DNA of 64,000 bases from an uncultured Nitrososphaerota archaeon (GCA_964518475.1 CAZFGR010000001.1:128001-192000); one strand, 5' to 3'; counted from the stretch's first letter, positions 9,361-20,122 are shown. A program made the numbers and translations. The notes: generated from the sequence alone by a model not told the origin.

Positions 9361-9969
9361 TTACTCTTCTTTTAACACTTCTTTCAGAATTCTCTCTATC
9401 TCGTCTTCTTTAACTTTAACCTCTTTCTTCTTAGGAATCTTTATTCCTTCACGTTCTGCAATTTTTTCAACTAATTTTTCTGCTGACTCATCCAGGTCAC
9501 TTTCCGATATTTCACCAAGCGTCTCTGTAAAAAGTTCTTCCGTACTTGCTATTTTCTCAGATGTTTTAGCTAATTCCGAAAAGGCTTCCATTAGTTCTTT
9601 ATCCCCAACCATCGTAGCTACCTGCGTAATATTAGGAGCTAGTTCCTTAATGGAATCTGCCAGATCTTTTATTATTTCGCCGCGTTCTATATAGCCTCGA
9701 AAAGTACTTACTAGAGATCTGATTCTTGTAGCACTTATTAATCCTCTATCAAGTAAAATTGCTTGTTTTGCATGTTCCCTAGCTAAATCTATATTCCCAC
9801 TTCTTAATGCTTCCCTAATCCTTATTATTTCTTTCTTCCTACGCTCTCTAAGCTCCATTTCATGCCTTTCTAATCTTCTTTCAAGTATTCTCAACTTTAT
9901 CTTGATATTAGTTTTAGTAGGGGATGGTTCCCCTCTTAACCACTTCCAGAATTTTTTAAGAACAGACAT
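9361..9969 (-). CDS. ESCRT-III / Snf7-family protein (Vps2/24/46- or CdvB-like)
   Basis: N-terminal amphipathic helix VLKKFWKWL, basic coiled coil IREALRSGNIDLAREHAKQAI, acidic C-terminus with MIM-like EDEIERILKEVL. Confidence 0.85.
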   Translation of the reverse strand: MSVLKKFWKWLRGEPSPTKTNIKIKLRILERRLERHEMELRERRKKEIIRIREALRSGNIDLAREHAKQAILLDRGLISATRIRSLVSTFRGYIERGEIIKDLADSIKELAPNITQVATMVGDKELMEAFSELAKTSEKIASTEELFTETLGEISESDLDESAEKLVEKIAEREGIKIPKKKEVKVKEDEIERILKEVLKEE

Positions 9970-10037
9970 CCAAAAACACCAGATTATAAACTATGAATTA
10001 TTAAGAGTTATTAGCTATATTATCGTTTTTCTAACAA

Positions 10038-11984
10038 CTACTGGTTAAGCTCTTTGATGACTTGTTGCAGTTTTTCCCGTAATCGCTCACTAACAGTCTT
10101 TCCATCGATTTTTCCTCGGACAATTTTCATCACGTCACCCATTAGGGGTTTGAATGCCCTTTCTCTTCGCTTCTTTACCAATTCAATATTATTTCTTATA
10201 ATTTTCTCTATTATCTTATCCAATTCCTCAAGAGAGATCTTCTTGATACCTAACTCTTTTAGAATATCACTAATCTCCCTCTCTGGATTCTTAGATAATT
10301 CTTTAAGAACCTCTGGAAGAGCTTCTTTGGAGAGTTCTCCTTTCTTATAGTATATGAAAACCTGTACTAATTTTTCATCTGGGATTCTGTCCACTAAGAA
10401 GCCCTCTCTCCTTAGACTCGTCATTGTTTCCAGGATTACTGTTGCTACTAGTTTTGGCGGAACTCCTATTCTAACTATTTCCTCAAAGACCTCGCTTCTC
10501 TCGGAAAGTACAATTCGTTCAGCGTATTCTTTACTTAATCCGTACTCTTTCATGTATCTTTCAACACGTTTCCATGGATACTCTGGAAGAGATTTCATGA
10601 TTCTCTCAATAATCGATCTATTGAGAACGATGGGTGGTGAATCCGTGTCTGGGTATAACCTAGCAGCCCCTCCTAAAGGTCTTTCGAAACTAGTGGTTCC
10701 GTCAGGATTAGCTTTACGAGTCTCTGTGGGAACACCATCTAGTGCTTCTTTTGCTCTCTCTCGTACCTCTTCTAGCGCCTCTATGGCTTTTTTCTCTGGC
10801 CCAACTACTATAACGATGCAATCTCTCTCCCTATCCGCTTTCAAAACTTCAAACAACTTTTCTTTCTCTTCTTTCGATATTCCATACGCTGGTAACTCAT
10901 CTGTATGAATTATTCCCTTTAACCCAGTTATTACGGAAACTCTTTCAGCAAACTCCTTTCCAAATCTCTTACCCGGCAAGATCTCTCTTCCTAATAATCC
11001 GCCAAAGTTGGGTAGCTTTATGGCGAAAACTTTTTCTCCTCTTTTAATTGCTCTTGAAATGAATTTTGCCTCAGTCCCCATGAAAATATCAGTCACGTCT
11101 ATTATCGGCTCCTTTTCGATGCTTTCTTTCGTAACACCTCTTGCCTTAAGTTCTTCTGCAATTTTAATTAAAGCTAGTTGTCTCTTTATCTCGTTATCTA
11201 TTAATGACTTAAACCATTCTGGTCGTTGCACTCCCTTAATTTCTACTCTGTTTCCGCCTTTAATACTAACATTTATGTCTTGTCGAATCGTTCCAATGCC
11301 TCTTAACACTTTTTTCGTAGCTCGTAAGAGAGCACCGATTCTTAATGCGGCATCCAAGACCTCTTCAGGAGAAGATAGTGATGCATCAGTGGTTATTTCA
11401 ACGAGAGGTATTCCTAGTCTATCCACTCTATATACGGTTTCTTTATCATTTTCAGCGATTTTTCTAGCAGCATCCTCCTCCAGACATAACTGAAGAATTC
11501 GTAATCGCTTTCCGTTTGATAATTCAACATAACCATCAAGCCCAACAATTACTGTTCTTTGAAAACCAGAAGGAACGCTACCATCTAAGTATTGTTTTCT
11601 AGATACTAGCAAGATATCTGGGATTTTCATATTGAATAAAAGCGCAATCATTAGTGCTATCTCTAACGCTTCTTGCGAAATTTCATAAGGTGGTATCTCG
11701 TCTAACTCATACAAGCATGTTGTATCCTTATAAGCTTCATAGATAATTGTCTTTCTCTTCTTGAACTCTTTTTGCATTGTAGGATCTATCTCACCCGTCT
11801 CTCCAAGTGTGGGTCTCATGAACCTAATAACTCTAATATCAGGATCATCCCGCCTAAGTATAGGAGGACAGTAACAGAATAGTTTTCGTGAAGTCTTTAA
11901 TTGCTGGTGAATCTCCAGCCCAACCTTTAATCCAACCTCTCTATAGAAGTCGCTCTCAACACTTTCCGCGGCCATAAGAATCAC
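10038..11984 (-). CDS. gatE: Glutamyl-tRNA(Gln) amidotransferase subunit E
   Basis: GLKVGLEIHQQL, DGSVPSGFQRT, LEEDAAR, RGIGTIRQD, ARLYPDTD. Confidence 0.97.
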   Translation of the reverse strand: MILMAAESVESDFYREVGLKVGLEIHQQLKTSRKLFCYCPPILRRDDPDIRVIRFMRPTLGETGEIDPTMQKEFKKRKTIIYEAYKDTTCLYELDEIPPYEISQEALEIALMIALLFNMKIPDILLVSRKQYLDGSVPSGFQRTVIVGLDGYVELSNGKRLRILQLCLEEDAARKIAENDKETVYRVDRLGIPLVEITTDASLSSPEEVLDAALRIGALLRATKKVLRGIGTIRQDINVSIKGGNRVEIKGVQRPEWFKSLIDNEIKRQLALIKIAEELKARGVTKESIEKEPIIDVTDIFMGTEAKFISRAIKRGEKVFAIKLPNFGGLLGREILPGKRFGKEFAERVSVITGLKGIIHTDELPAYGISKEEKEKLFEVLKADRERDCIVIVVGPEKKAIEALEEVRERAKEALDGVPTETRKANPDGTTSFERPLGGAARLYPDTDSPPIVLNRSIIERIMKSLPEYPWKRVERYMKEYGLSKEYAERIVLSERSEVFEEIVRIGVPPKLVATVILETMTSLRREGFLVDRIPDEKLVQVFIYYKKGELSKEALPEVLKELSKNPEREISDILKELGIKKISLEELDKIIEKIIRNNIELVKKRRERAFKPLMGDVMKIVRGKIDGKTVSERLREKLQQVIKELNQ

Positions 11985-12199
11985 ACTAGTTTTTAGACTT
12001 TTCTAAGCCAAAAGTTTCAGCTTTGTCTTACTAAGTTAAGTTTTCCCTTTCTTATGTAGTTAAAGCTTTTTTCGCAAGATTGCTTAGGAAAAGTGGGGTA
12101 TCAATAATCCCCCTAGAACATAGCGCTAAGCAAACTCTGTCCGAGAAATTTAGTTTTAAAGCATAATAACAGCTACCCACAATACGTTTTTCAAGTGTC

Positions 12200-12877
12200 T
12201 TATACATAACGACTTACTTGATAAATTGCTTCCTCAGCAGCTTTTCCTCGGACAATAATATAATAAGGTTCCTTCTTACTTAGCTCTAATAACTCCATTC
12301 TATAAATTGAGGGAGCTAATTTAGAGAGAATCGTTAATCGAATAGCACTTCTGAATACTGGTTCTATGCCGGTTCCTCTTATAGCTATTGTCGGATAAGC
12401 AACAAAAGGTCTATCAAGGTTCAAGACTCGTAAGATAACTGTTATGGGGAGAGCATCTATTAAATCTCTCTTATTCAGAGCAATCACTAGAGGAATCGTC
12501 TTAAACCTGCTTCCAAAAAATGTTTTAAGTTCATTCATACTCTCTAGATTTTCCCTTATTGCCCTAGGATCACTATCAGCCACGAAGATTATTCCATCCA
12601 CTCCCTTCAATAGAATAATCCTTTGTTTACGATGCCTTTTTTGACCAGGAGCAGCATATACGTCACAGTATATGTTATTATGAATTTGTACTGTAGTATA
12701 ATCGAAGAAAATTGTTCTCCCATCATCCTGCTCAATAGATAAAACTTTTGCTACTTTATCAGGATTCATACTCTTAAAGCTTCTCAGCATCGTTGTTTTA
12801 CCGGAAAGAGATGGCCCATATAGAATTACTTTAAACCTATAACTACCATCTCTAGCAATATATACCACAATTAGCAC
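12200..12877 (-). CDS. MglA-like small GTPase
   Basis: YGPSLSGKTT, RTIFFDY, APGQ, GVDGIIFVADS, NKRDL. Confidence 0.9.
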   Translation of the reverse strand: MLIVVYIARDGSYRFKVILYGPSLSGKTTMLRSFKSMNPDKVAKVLSIEQDDGRTIFFDYTTVQIHNNIYCDVYAAPGQKRHRKQRIILLKGVDGIIFVADSDPRAIRENLESMNELKTFFGSRFKTIPLVIALNKRDLIDALPITVILRVLNLDRPFVAYPTIAIRGTGIEPVFRSAIRLTILSKLAPSIYRMELLELSKKEPYYIIVRGKAAEEAIYQVSRYV

Positions 12878-13364
12878 CTACTTCACTAGGAACGATTATG
12901 CCCTATTAAATATTTTCAATAGATTAATACATTAATTAACTTTTCGTTTTTTCTGATAATAAGCAAAGCGAAATTATGAATAATATCCCATTTAACGCGT
13001 CAGTTAATAGCGGATTGGATTGTTGGTAAGAAGTGAAAGTAACTACATTAATAGCCCTTAAGCCCTAGAATATAAATGCTGAAATTCATTGACAAAGCTA
13101 ATAGAGGAAGCTCTATGTTGGATCACACTATTTGTCATAGAATGACTGGCTCGAAAAGAATATAAGGAAAATGTTAGCGCAAAATTATATATAGCAAGAG
13201 CCAGTATATTCTAGATTCTTATCTATCCTGATATCTTAATAAGATGTAATATTCTGGAACCGCAGAACCTTGCCTTCGCTAATTGATAATTAGTTTATAG
13301 TCGGAGAGTGTTATCATAATGTTAGGGATCTCAAGTATCTATATGTGCCTTTAGGTGTACTCTT

Positions 13365-15083
13365 ATGGCTACTCAAGCATTGTCAGTATCTCCAGCAAAA
13401 TTTTTCGCTGATAATAGAAGTATAGCTGGGTTTGGTAATCCAGCAAAAGCTTTGTTTACATCGATCAGAGAGTTAGTTGAGAATTCTTTGGATGCTGCTG
13501 AGAGTGTGAATGTATTACCAGAAATTAAAGTTAGATTAAGAAAACCAACTTCTGATGAACTGAGAGAATTAATTGGAATATCCGACGAAATACACAAACG
13601 ACTTTTAGAACTCCAGGGAGCTCCAGAAGAAAGTGATTCAGAACAAGCCGAGACCGAGCCTTCTGCGGAAATCTTTGAATTAATAGTGGCCGATAACGGA
13701 TCTGGAATGTCGTATGACGAAATTCCTTTCCTTATGGGTCGCGTTTTAACATCGACTAAATATTCCCTCATACAGCAGAGAGGAAGGTTTGGTCTAGGAG
13801 GTAAAATGGTAATAATTTACTCATTAATGGAAACTAATGCTCCAGTGGAGATCTGGAGTGCTAGGAAAAAAGATCCTTACGTTTCCCATTATTTGCTAAA
13901 AATTGATCTGATAAAAAATGAACCCATAATCAAACTTCGTAAAAAAATACCTAAGAATAAATTCCGTGACCCATGGAATAGGCCACTGGAGCACGGTACC
14001 ATTATAAAGGTATTCGTATTAGGGGATTGGAGACGATCCAGGCGGTACATCTTAGAATACTTTAAACAAATGGCAATTATAACCCCCTACGCAACTTTCA
14101 TATTTGAGGATCCTGATGGAAATATCCATGCCTACGAGAGAATAACCGATGAGATGCCGTCTCCCCCCAAACCTTCTAAGTTCCATCTTCAGGGTATTGA
14201 TGCTCAAACGCTCAGCATGCTTCTAAAAAGTAGTAAGGCTAAGACAATCAAGGAATTCCTCATTAAAGAGTTTCAACGCATAGGTCCTAGAACCGCTGAG
14301 CAATTCTTACATGTTGTCGGTATAGATCCAGATACTCCTCTTCGGGAAATAATCCGAAACGAAAAAATAGTTGCTGCATTAGTAGAAGTTGCTAGAAAGT
14401 TTAAATTTAAACCGCCCGATCCCTCTTGCTTATCTCCCCTAGGAACAAAACTACTAGAGGAGGGAATTAAACGAGTCCTAAATCCCGAATTCGTTTATGT
14501 GACACAACGTAAACCTTTCTCGTACATGGGTCATCCAATGATTGTCGAGATAGGCATAGCTTACGGTGGTAATATCCCACCTGGGATCCATCTATATAGA
14601 TTCGCTAATAGGGTTCCTCTACTATATAAGGAGAAAAGCGATGTTTCTTGGAAAGTATTGGAGAGCATTGATTGGACACGATATGGTGTCAAAAAAGATG
14701 AAGACCCAGTAGCAGTTTTTGTCTCAGTCGTTAGCACTCGTGTTCCTTTTTCTGAGACGTCCAAGGATTTCATTGATGATGTTGATGTATTGCGAAGAGA
14801 GATAAAATTGGGTATTCTAGAAGGACTTCGAAGACTGCGAGAGTACATAAACAGGAAACGTAGACGAGAACTACAGTTAAGAAGGCGAAGAACGTTCATA
14901 CATTATGCTAAAAATCTCGTTAGAAGCATTTCATCCATTCTTAAAACAGACGAAACTCTTCGAGATTTGCCGATTCATTCGGAGGACTTCCTATTTGCTA
15001 CATTGGCGGACTTAATAGAACTTAAGGTTGAAAAAACGTCTATAACAGAGCCAGAAGAAGAGGAGAATATTAATGAGCAATGA
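13365..15083 (+). CDS. top6B: DNA topoisomerase VI subunit B
   Basis: RELVENSLDA, DNGSGM, QQRGRFGLG, RFANRVPLLY. Confidence 0.96.
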   Translation: MATQALSVSPAKFFADNRSIAGFGNPAKALFTSIRELVENSLDAAESVNVLPEIKVRLRKPTSDELRELIGISDEIHKRLLELQGAPEESDSEQAETEPSAEIFELIVADNGSGMSYDEIPFLMGRVLTSTKYSLIQQRGRFGLGGKMVIIYSLMETNAPVEIWSARKKDPYVSHYLLKIDLIKNEPIIKLRKKIPKNKFRDPWNRPLEHGTIIKVFVLGDWRRSRRYILEYFKQMAIITPYATFIFEDPDGNIHAYERITDEMPSPPKPSKFHLQGIDAQTLSMLLKSSKAKTIKEFLIKEFQRIGPRTAEQFLHVVGIDPDTPLREIIRNEKIVAALVEVARKFKFKPPDPSCLSPLGTKLLEEGIKRVLNPEFVYVTQRKPFSYMGHPMIVEIGIAYGGNIPPGIHLYRFANRVPLLYKEKSDVSWKVLESIDWTRYGVKKDEDPVAVFVSVVSTRVPFSETSKDFIDDVDVLRREIKLGILEGLRRLREYINRKRRRELQLRRRRTFIHYAKNLVRSISSILKTDETLRDLPIHSEDFLFATLADLIELKVEKTSITEPEEEENINEQ

Positions 15084-16200
15084 CTATTTTCAGGGCTACT
15101 CTTATAAACAATTCTTCATTGTTATGCTAGCAGAAGATCCATGGAGCTATTTACGAACATTGAGAATACCTTCGGAAATTAAGGTATTATCTGGCTTGAG
15201 AGGATTTAAGAGGAAAAAAACAGATATAGAGACGGTAGCGATCGGGGATAAATACACGGGTATGCATATTCTTAATAGTGATTTCATCGTCGCACCCATC
15301 AAAGTTCCCAGAATTAAGGAAACATTAATTCCTTATATAGCAGGCAGCGTAAGAAAGGAGAGTTTAATAATTTGGAGAGACCCTCATGATTATCACCCCC
15401 TCTACTACTCAAGGCTTCCAGATGGATATATTTTTTCATCAAGAATGGAATGGATTTGGCGTATTGGTTTTAGATCCAAGATCTTCCCCAAAGAAAAAAA
15501 GGCGCTAATAGATAAAGCAAGTATTTATTTCAGAAATAGAGAAATCCAGAAACAATCTAAGTCAGCGCTTTTTTTACAAACAATTAGTAGAGTTCAAAAA
15601 GTACTAAAAAATAGAGTATCGCTTAACATTATTCTTCTTGGTACTCCAGAGGATATTTTCCTGTTAAATTTCTTATCAGATATCAAGGACTCCTTGGACA
15701 ATGTGCAATTAAAGGTATTAGTTCCAGACGTGGTAAATGGAGAATTACAAAGACTTACTGTTGAGGATGTAGAAAGCATTCCAGTAAATGATTTAACCAC
15801 CGACGAGAATATACGCAGGTGGATTGAGCTTTCAGAAAGCTCTGATCCGGGTCTCTTCCTTAGAACTAGTCATCTTCTATCATATAGAGAGAATCTGGTT
15901 AAAAATACTGTTACAAATGTGAATGTGCTACCTATTGCAAGAGAGAATAACAAGGATAAAGCGTTACAGTGGGTATCTTTTAAGCTTTTATGGCCAGCAC
16001 TATGCGTGTTTATTCCGCCCTCAACCAGAAAACTAGCGGAAAGAGAGACTATAAGATTGCGTCAATATATGGATGCTTGGAAAAAATATCGCGAAAAACT
16101 TGTAAAGGAGCTTCAATTTAAAGCAATGGAAAAAAATTTAAAGCGGGTTGAGGAATATTTTGCTATTATCTTCAAAGACTTATTTCCCTACACTAGATAA
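15073..16200 (+). CDS. Degenerate asparagine-synthetase-like protein
   Basis: WRDPHDYHPLYYS...YIFSS resembles AsnB RDxxGxKPLYY...FASE; no N-terminal Cys and no SGGLDS motif. Confidence 0.45.
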   Translation: MSNDYFQGYSYKQFFIVMLAEDPWSYLRTLRIPSEIKVLSGLRGFKRKKTDIETVAIGDKYTGMHILNSDFIVAPIKVPRIKETLIPYIAGSVRKESLIIWRDPHDYHPLYYSRLPDGYIFSSRMEWIWRIGFRSKIFPKEKKALIDKASIYFRNREIQKQSKSALFLQTISRVQKVLKNRVSLNIILLGTPEDIFLLNFLSDIKDSLDNVQLKVLVPDVVNGELQRLTVEDVESIPVNDLTTDENIRRWIELSESSDPGLFLRTSHLLSYRENLVKNTVTNVNVLPIARENNKDKALQWVSFKLLWPALCVFIPPSTRKLAERETIRLRQYMDAWKKYREKLVKELQFKAMEKNLKRVEEYFAIIFKDLFPYTR

Positions 16201-16234
16201 TACTCGTCTTCTAGTAAAAAAAGGTGATACAAAA

Positions 16235-16579
16235 ATGCCAGAATACTGTGAACGTTGTGGATCGTTCATGCGAGTAAAGGAAATAAAGGACAATGGTATC
16301 ATCATATACACCTGCCCTGTTTGCGGTTGGTCAAAAGAAGTAACTAATAATAAGCCAGAGAGTAGTGCTTCCTTAGTCATTGACAAAGCTGCTAGTACAG
16401 TCGTTATTATTGATGAATCAAAAATTAAACGTCGAGGAGTTGTTGCTAAGGTGCAATGTCCTAAATGCGGTAATTTAGGAGCATATGTTGAAGTTGTACA
16501 AACAAGAGCTGCTGATGAGCCTCCAACGAGGATATATCACTGTACAAAATGTGGTTATACGTGGAGAGAATACTCCTAG
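16235..16579 (+). CDS. tfs: Transcription factor S (TFS/RpoM)
   Basis: ATG after GGTGAT RBS; two Zn ribbons; QTRAADEPPT. Confidence 0.95.
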   Translation: MPEYCERCGSFMRVKEIKDNGIIIYTCPVCGWSKEVTNNKPESSASLVIDKAASTVVIIDESKIKRRGVVAKVQCPKCGNLGAYVEVVQTRAADEPPTRIYHCTKCGYTWREYS

Positions 16580-16689
16580 GTAAAAATCATGTACAGTATC
16601 TAACATTTGTTAGCATTTTACATGAGTCATCAAAGATCATCTCTTTCACTACACTCCAATGAAATTAAGATAAAAGATATTAGATAACG

Positions 16690-17640
16690 TTGTGTTCTGA
16701 AATGACTTACAAGCGTTGTCAGCCTATATATTATAAGCCTGAAGCTGGAAAATACTTTTGTCGAGATGAGTTTATTAGATATTTCAAGAAACGCGTTCTA
16801 AAAACCATTCAAAAATGGAAAATGTTTGAGAGAGATAGTCGCATTGCTGTGGCGGTCTCGGGCGGGAAGGATAGTATGACTCTCTTGTACGTGCTTGAGG
16901 AGATAGAAAGGGATTTTCCGTCTGAGCTCATAATCGTCCATTTGGATGAGAATATCAAGGGATACTCTGATGTGTCGCGCGATCTCGTACGAAAAACGGC
17001 TAAGAAACTGGGTTTACTCTTGTATGAAGCAAGTTATAAGGAGCTATTTGGCTACTCCATGGATGAAATAGCTAATATCGAGAGAGAGAAAAGGATATAC
17101 GCTGCATGTACTTTTTGTGGAGTATGGCGACGTTGGGGACTAAACTATTTAGCTCTAAAAGCGGGTGCAGATAGACTCGCTACTGCCCACTGTCTTGATG
17201 ATGAGGCTCAAACTATAATATTAAATGTTCTAAAGGGAAACCTCCGGAATATCCTTAAATTAGACCCTCGCCCGCGTAGAATTGCTGAAAACGTTGTTCC
17301 TCGTGTGAAACCTTTCAGAGAGATCCCAGAGAGAGAAGTAACCCTCTACGCTCACTTAATGGATATCCCATATAATGATATCCCTTGTCCTTACGCTACA
17401 GAAGCGATGCGTTGGAATATTAGATTATGGTTAGCTGAGATGGAACGAGCGCACCCTGGAACACTTTATAATATTCTGCGCTTTGGGGAGAAATTAGCCT
17501 TGTTGTACGGGAATGCAAAGACCGAAGAGAGAATAAATCATTGTGAAATATGTGGTTTCCCCACGGTTGGACGCATCTGTAAAGCACATCAGTTAAAAGA
17601 ACATCTCAACAAGTTATTCAGCAAGAACAAGAAGAGATAG
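16690..17640 (+). CDS. tRNA 2-thiolation protein NcsA/TtuA (TIGR00269-like)
   Basis: PP-loop AVSGGKDS, CTFCGVWRR, TAHCLDDEAQ, CPYA, C-terminal CEICG...CKAH. Confidence 0.92.
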   Translation: MCSEMTYKRCQPIYYKPEAGKYFCRDEFIRYFKKRVLKTIQKWKMFERDSRIAVAVSGGKDSMTLLYVLEEIERDFPSELIIVHLDENIKGYSDVSRDLVRKTAKKLGLLLYEASYKELFGYSMDEIANIEREKRIYAACTFCGVWRRWGLNYLALKAGADRLATAHCLDDEAQTIILNVLKGNLRNILKLDPRPRRIAENVVPRVKPFREIPEREVTLYAHLMDIPYNDIPCPYATEAMRWNIRLWLAEMERAHPGTLYNILRFGEKLALLYGNAKTEERINHCEICGFPTVGRICKAHQLKEHLNKLFSKNKKR

Positions 17641-17686
17641 AGCTTATTTTTGAGGCAAATATAGAAAAATATTTGGTTGAGAAAGA

Positions 17687-20122
17687 TTATTGGAACAATA
17701 TTTCTCGATTCTCCGAGATCATTAACATTGGCCCTAGAGAGTATGTTTTTATCAGAAGGTTCGCCGATCTTTCGCTACAACATTCATTTCTCATACTCTT
17801 TGTTTGCAGGGACGAATTTCCACTAAATCCCCCGCCTCTAAATGGTTCTGGTGGAACTACTTCATCCCTATAGACAACTCTATATAATTTCACTTGATTA
17901 CCGCTAATTATTGGTTTAAAGTACGAAAGCTTGAGAGGAATTAGACCAGATGGATTCTGTCTCAAAGATTCTTCTCCTATCATGTTAATCCATCTAGATA
18001 CTGTGGATACTTCTTCACCATAAGCTAGCAAATTCCACAGCATGCTGCTAAAGAATGGCTTTTTATAAACACCCTTTTCTTCATCAAAGTAATCTTCTTC
18101 TGTAATGTTGTACTGAGGAGCGTGTTTCTCGGCTATTCTGATCATCCAAATGGCTTTAAAGAGATCAACCGTATAGACTACCACCCATTTAACGTTATAT
18201 TCCCTTAACAATTTTATTGATTCATTCTCGGGCAAAATTAACATCGCCCCTACTATTCCCATTTGCGTAGAATTATTTGTCCCATTATCTGCTAGTGTTG
18301 TCACATTAGCGTATGCTTTTAATCTATAACCATAATCCCACCAGCTCAAAACAACATCTGTTGGTTCAGCATACAGTCTTAAATATTCGAACACTTCGAG
18401 TTCATCTTCACTTAGATCATATTGGGCTAAGCCTTTCGTTGCAACAATTCCGTTGTATAGAGAGAATATCAGCATCATTCCAATGATTAAATAAGCTATG
18501 ACCGCTTCACTTCTTGGTAATCTAGCCTCTCCGGCAAGCAATCGAACAGGTCTTATAGGGTGTAATATCCATTCTCCCTTCAATGCTGTTGTGAAAGGTT
18601 CCAAGAAGTAATCAATAGCAACTCCTGCTGCTATGGCAAGGAGAGGAGCGCCAACGACAATAAATCTAGAGATGCTAGCAGAGAAATAAAAACCAGTGAG
18701 AATTATCAATAATAGCATCATTTCATTTGGTGTTCTTTTTTCTAGGATATAATTAATCGCTAGAGGCGCCAGAAGAATGGATAGGAAGCCTCCAAACAGT
18801 ATTGTACTCCAAGTAGCTGGCTGATTCTCACTAACGCTACTGAATGTTGGTAGGAGGTTTCGGAGGGCTGGATTTATCACGCTAGCGAACTTTGCTCCTA
18901 TATCGATTAACTGTCCAGTAGCGTATAAGTAAATAACTCCCACAAGAATCGCTGTTATTCCACCCCCGAGAATGATTTTGTATGCTTCCTTTTTGCCTCC
19001 TGGTAAACTTTCTCCAAAGTACGTTCCCAGATAATTAACAATAATTATGAGAAGGGAGAATATTGCGAGTAGACCATCCGGTCTTAATAGGATACCATAG
19101 TTTCTTGGCAAGACGGATATTAAGCCTAAACCAATAGGAATCGAAACACTATATGTTAAACTAATTTTATCATCGAGCTTATTTGTAATCCATAATAGTA
19201 CCACGAAGATAGCTAAGAGGTCAATAACATAACGATAGAGACCCCAAGTCCACCCTAGTAAACCTAAAGATACGCCCGCTAATACTGATGAGATAATAGA
19301 ATCTTTTTTGTAACCTCTTATGAATAGATAAATGGTAAGAAAAATCAGGAAAATTCCCACAGATTCGTTGTCATAGAACCCTGCAATTGTTCTTTGGATA
19401 AGTCCTGGACTAATAGCGGCCAGAAACGCGGCGAAGAGCCCTGCTCTTGAGCTTTTAAGTTCTCTGGCTATTAAATATATTAGAATAATTGCTAGTGAAC
19501 CAAAAATTGCTGGAACCACGCTTATTACTGTGAGAAGATCAATCTCGTAACCTAGGAGAATGAGGAGTTTATGCAAGATAACTCCAGTGAGCGGTATTCC
19601 TATGTAGAGAGCATTCCATGGTCTCCCCCATGGATACCAGATACTGTAGTCAATATCACAAAGAAACACCTTTAGACCACGCTCCTCTATGTATCTTGCT
19701 GCTTCCAGTTGAATAAATGGATCATAAGCTCTAAGAGAAGCACCATAAACTATGAATGGATAGATCCTGATGATAAATGCGATTGTTACGATTAGCAATA
19801 GCGCGAGGAGATTCATTGCACTACTCACAGGAATTTTGAAGATTTTTATGAAATCTCTTAACTTCTCTTTCCAAGAGACCAAGTTAGTCACCACTTTGCG
19901 AAGCAACCTAAAATAGTTTTGAATAATATTATCTTGGCCTTTCTCCAAAATCTTCTTTGCTTGATAGATTATAAAGTTTTTATTTCGTGGAAGTAGTATT
20001 GTATTGAAAAAGCAAGACATAACGTAGAAGAATAACAAACTTAGTAGCGATGATCGGAGTCTGGCCTTCTGAATTTTGCTCATGATGAAGATCTTGAGTG
20101 GTGAGCCCTCCTTATTTCCCAT
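17687..20122 (-). CDS. aglB: Oligosaccharyltransferase AglB/STT3
   Basis: AYDPF, AGFYDNE, SVSENQP, WWDYG, ADNGT, DLFKAIWMIRIA; many transmembrane helices. Confidence 0.96.
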   Translation of the reverse strand: MGNKEGSPLKIFIMSKIQKARLRSSLLSLLFFYVMSCFFNTILLPRNKNFIIYQAKKILEKGQDNIIQNYFRLLRKVVTNLVSWKEKLRDFIKIFKIPVSSAMNLLALLLIVTIAFIIRIYPFIVYGASLRAYDPFIQLEAARYIEERGLKVFLCDIDYSIWYPWGRPWNALYIGIPLTGVILHKLLILLGYEIDLLTVISVVPAIFGSLAIILIYLIARELKSSRAGLFAAFLAAISPGLIQRTIAGFYDNESVGIFLIFLTIYLFIRGYKKDSIISSVLAGVSLGLLGWTWGLYRYVIDLLAIFVVLLWITNKLDDKISLTYSVSIPIGLGLISVLPRNYGILLRPDGLLAIFSLLIIIVNYLGTYFGESLPGGKKEAYKIILGGGITAILVGVIYLYATGQLIDIGAKFASVINPALRNLLPTFSSVSENQPATWSTILFGGFLSILLAPLAINYILEKRTPNEMMLLLIILTGFYFSASISRFIVVGAPLLAIAAGVAIDYFLEPFTTALKGEWILHPIRPVRLLAGEARLPRSEAVIAYLIIGMMLIFSLYNGIVATKGLAQYDLSEDELEVFEYLRLYAEPTDVVLSWWDYGYRLKAYANVTTLADNGTNNSTQMGIVGAMLILPENESIKLLREYNVKWVVVYTVDLFKAIWMIRIAEKHAPQYNITEEDYFDEEKGVYKKPFFSSMLWNLLAYGEEVSTVSRWINMIGEESLRQNPSGLIPLKLSYFKPIISGNQVKLYRVVYRDEVVPPEPFRGGGFSGNSSLQTKSMRNECCSERSANLLIKTYSLGPMLMISENREILFQ

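Noticed and set aside
10054-11493. Long antisense ORFs over gatE, and similar ones over rpoA, top6B, 27249-27908, the luxC/E-like genes, porA and 44299-44550
   Set aside because: Ser/Phe/Leu/Ile-rich shadow frames opposite well-supported genes, with no motifs
16620-16665. Possible C/D sRNA (TGATGA on the minus strand) between tfs and ncsA
   Set aside because: No properly spaced CTGA-like D or D' boxes
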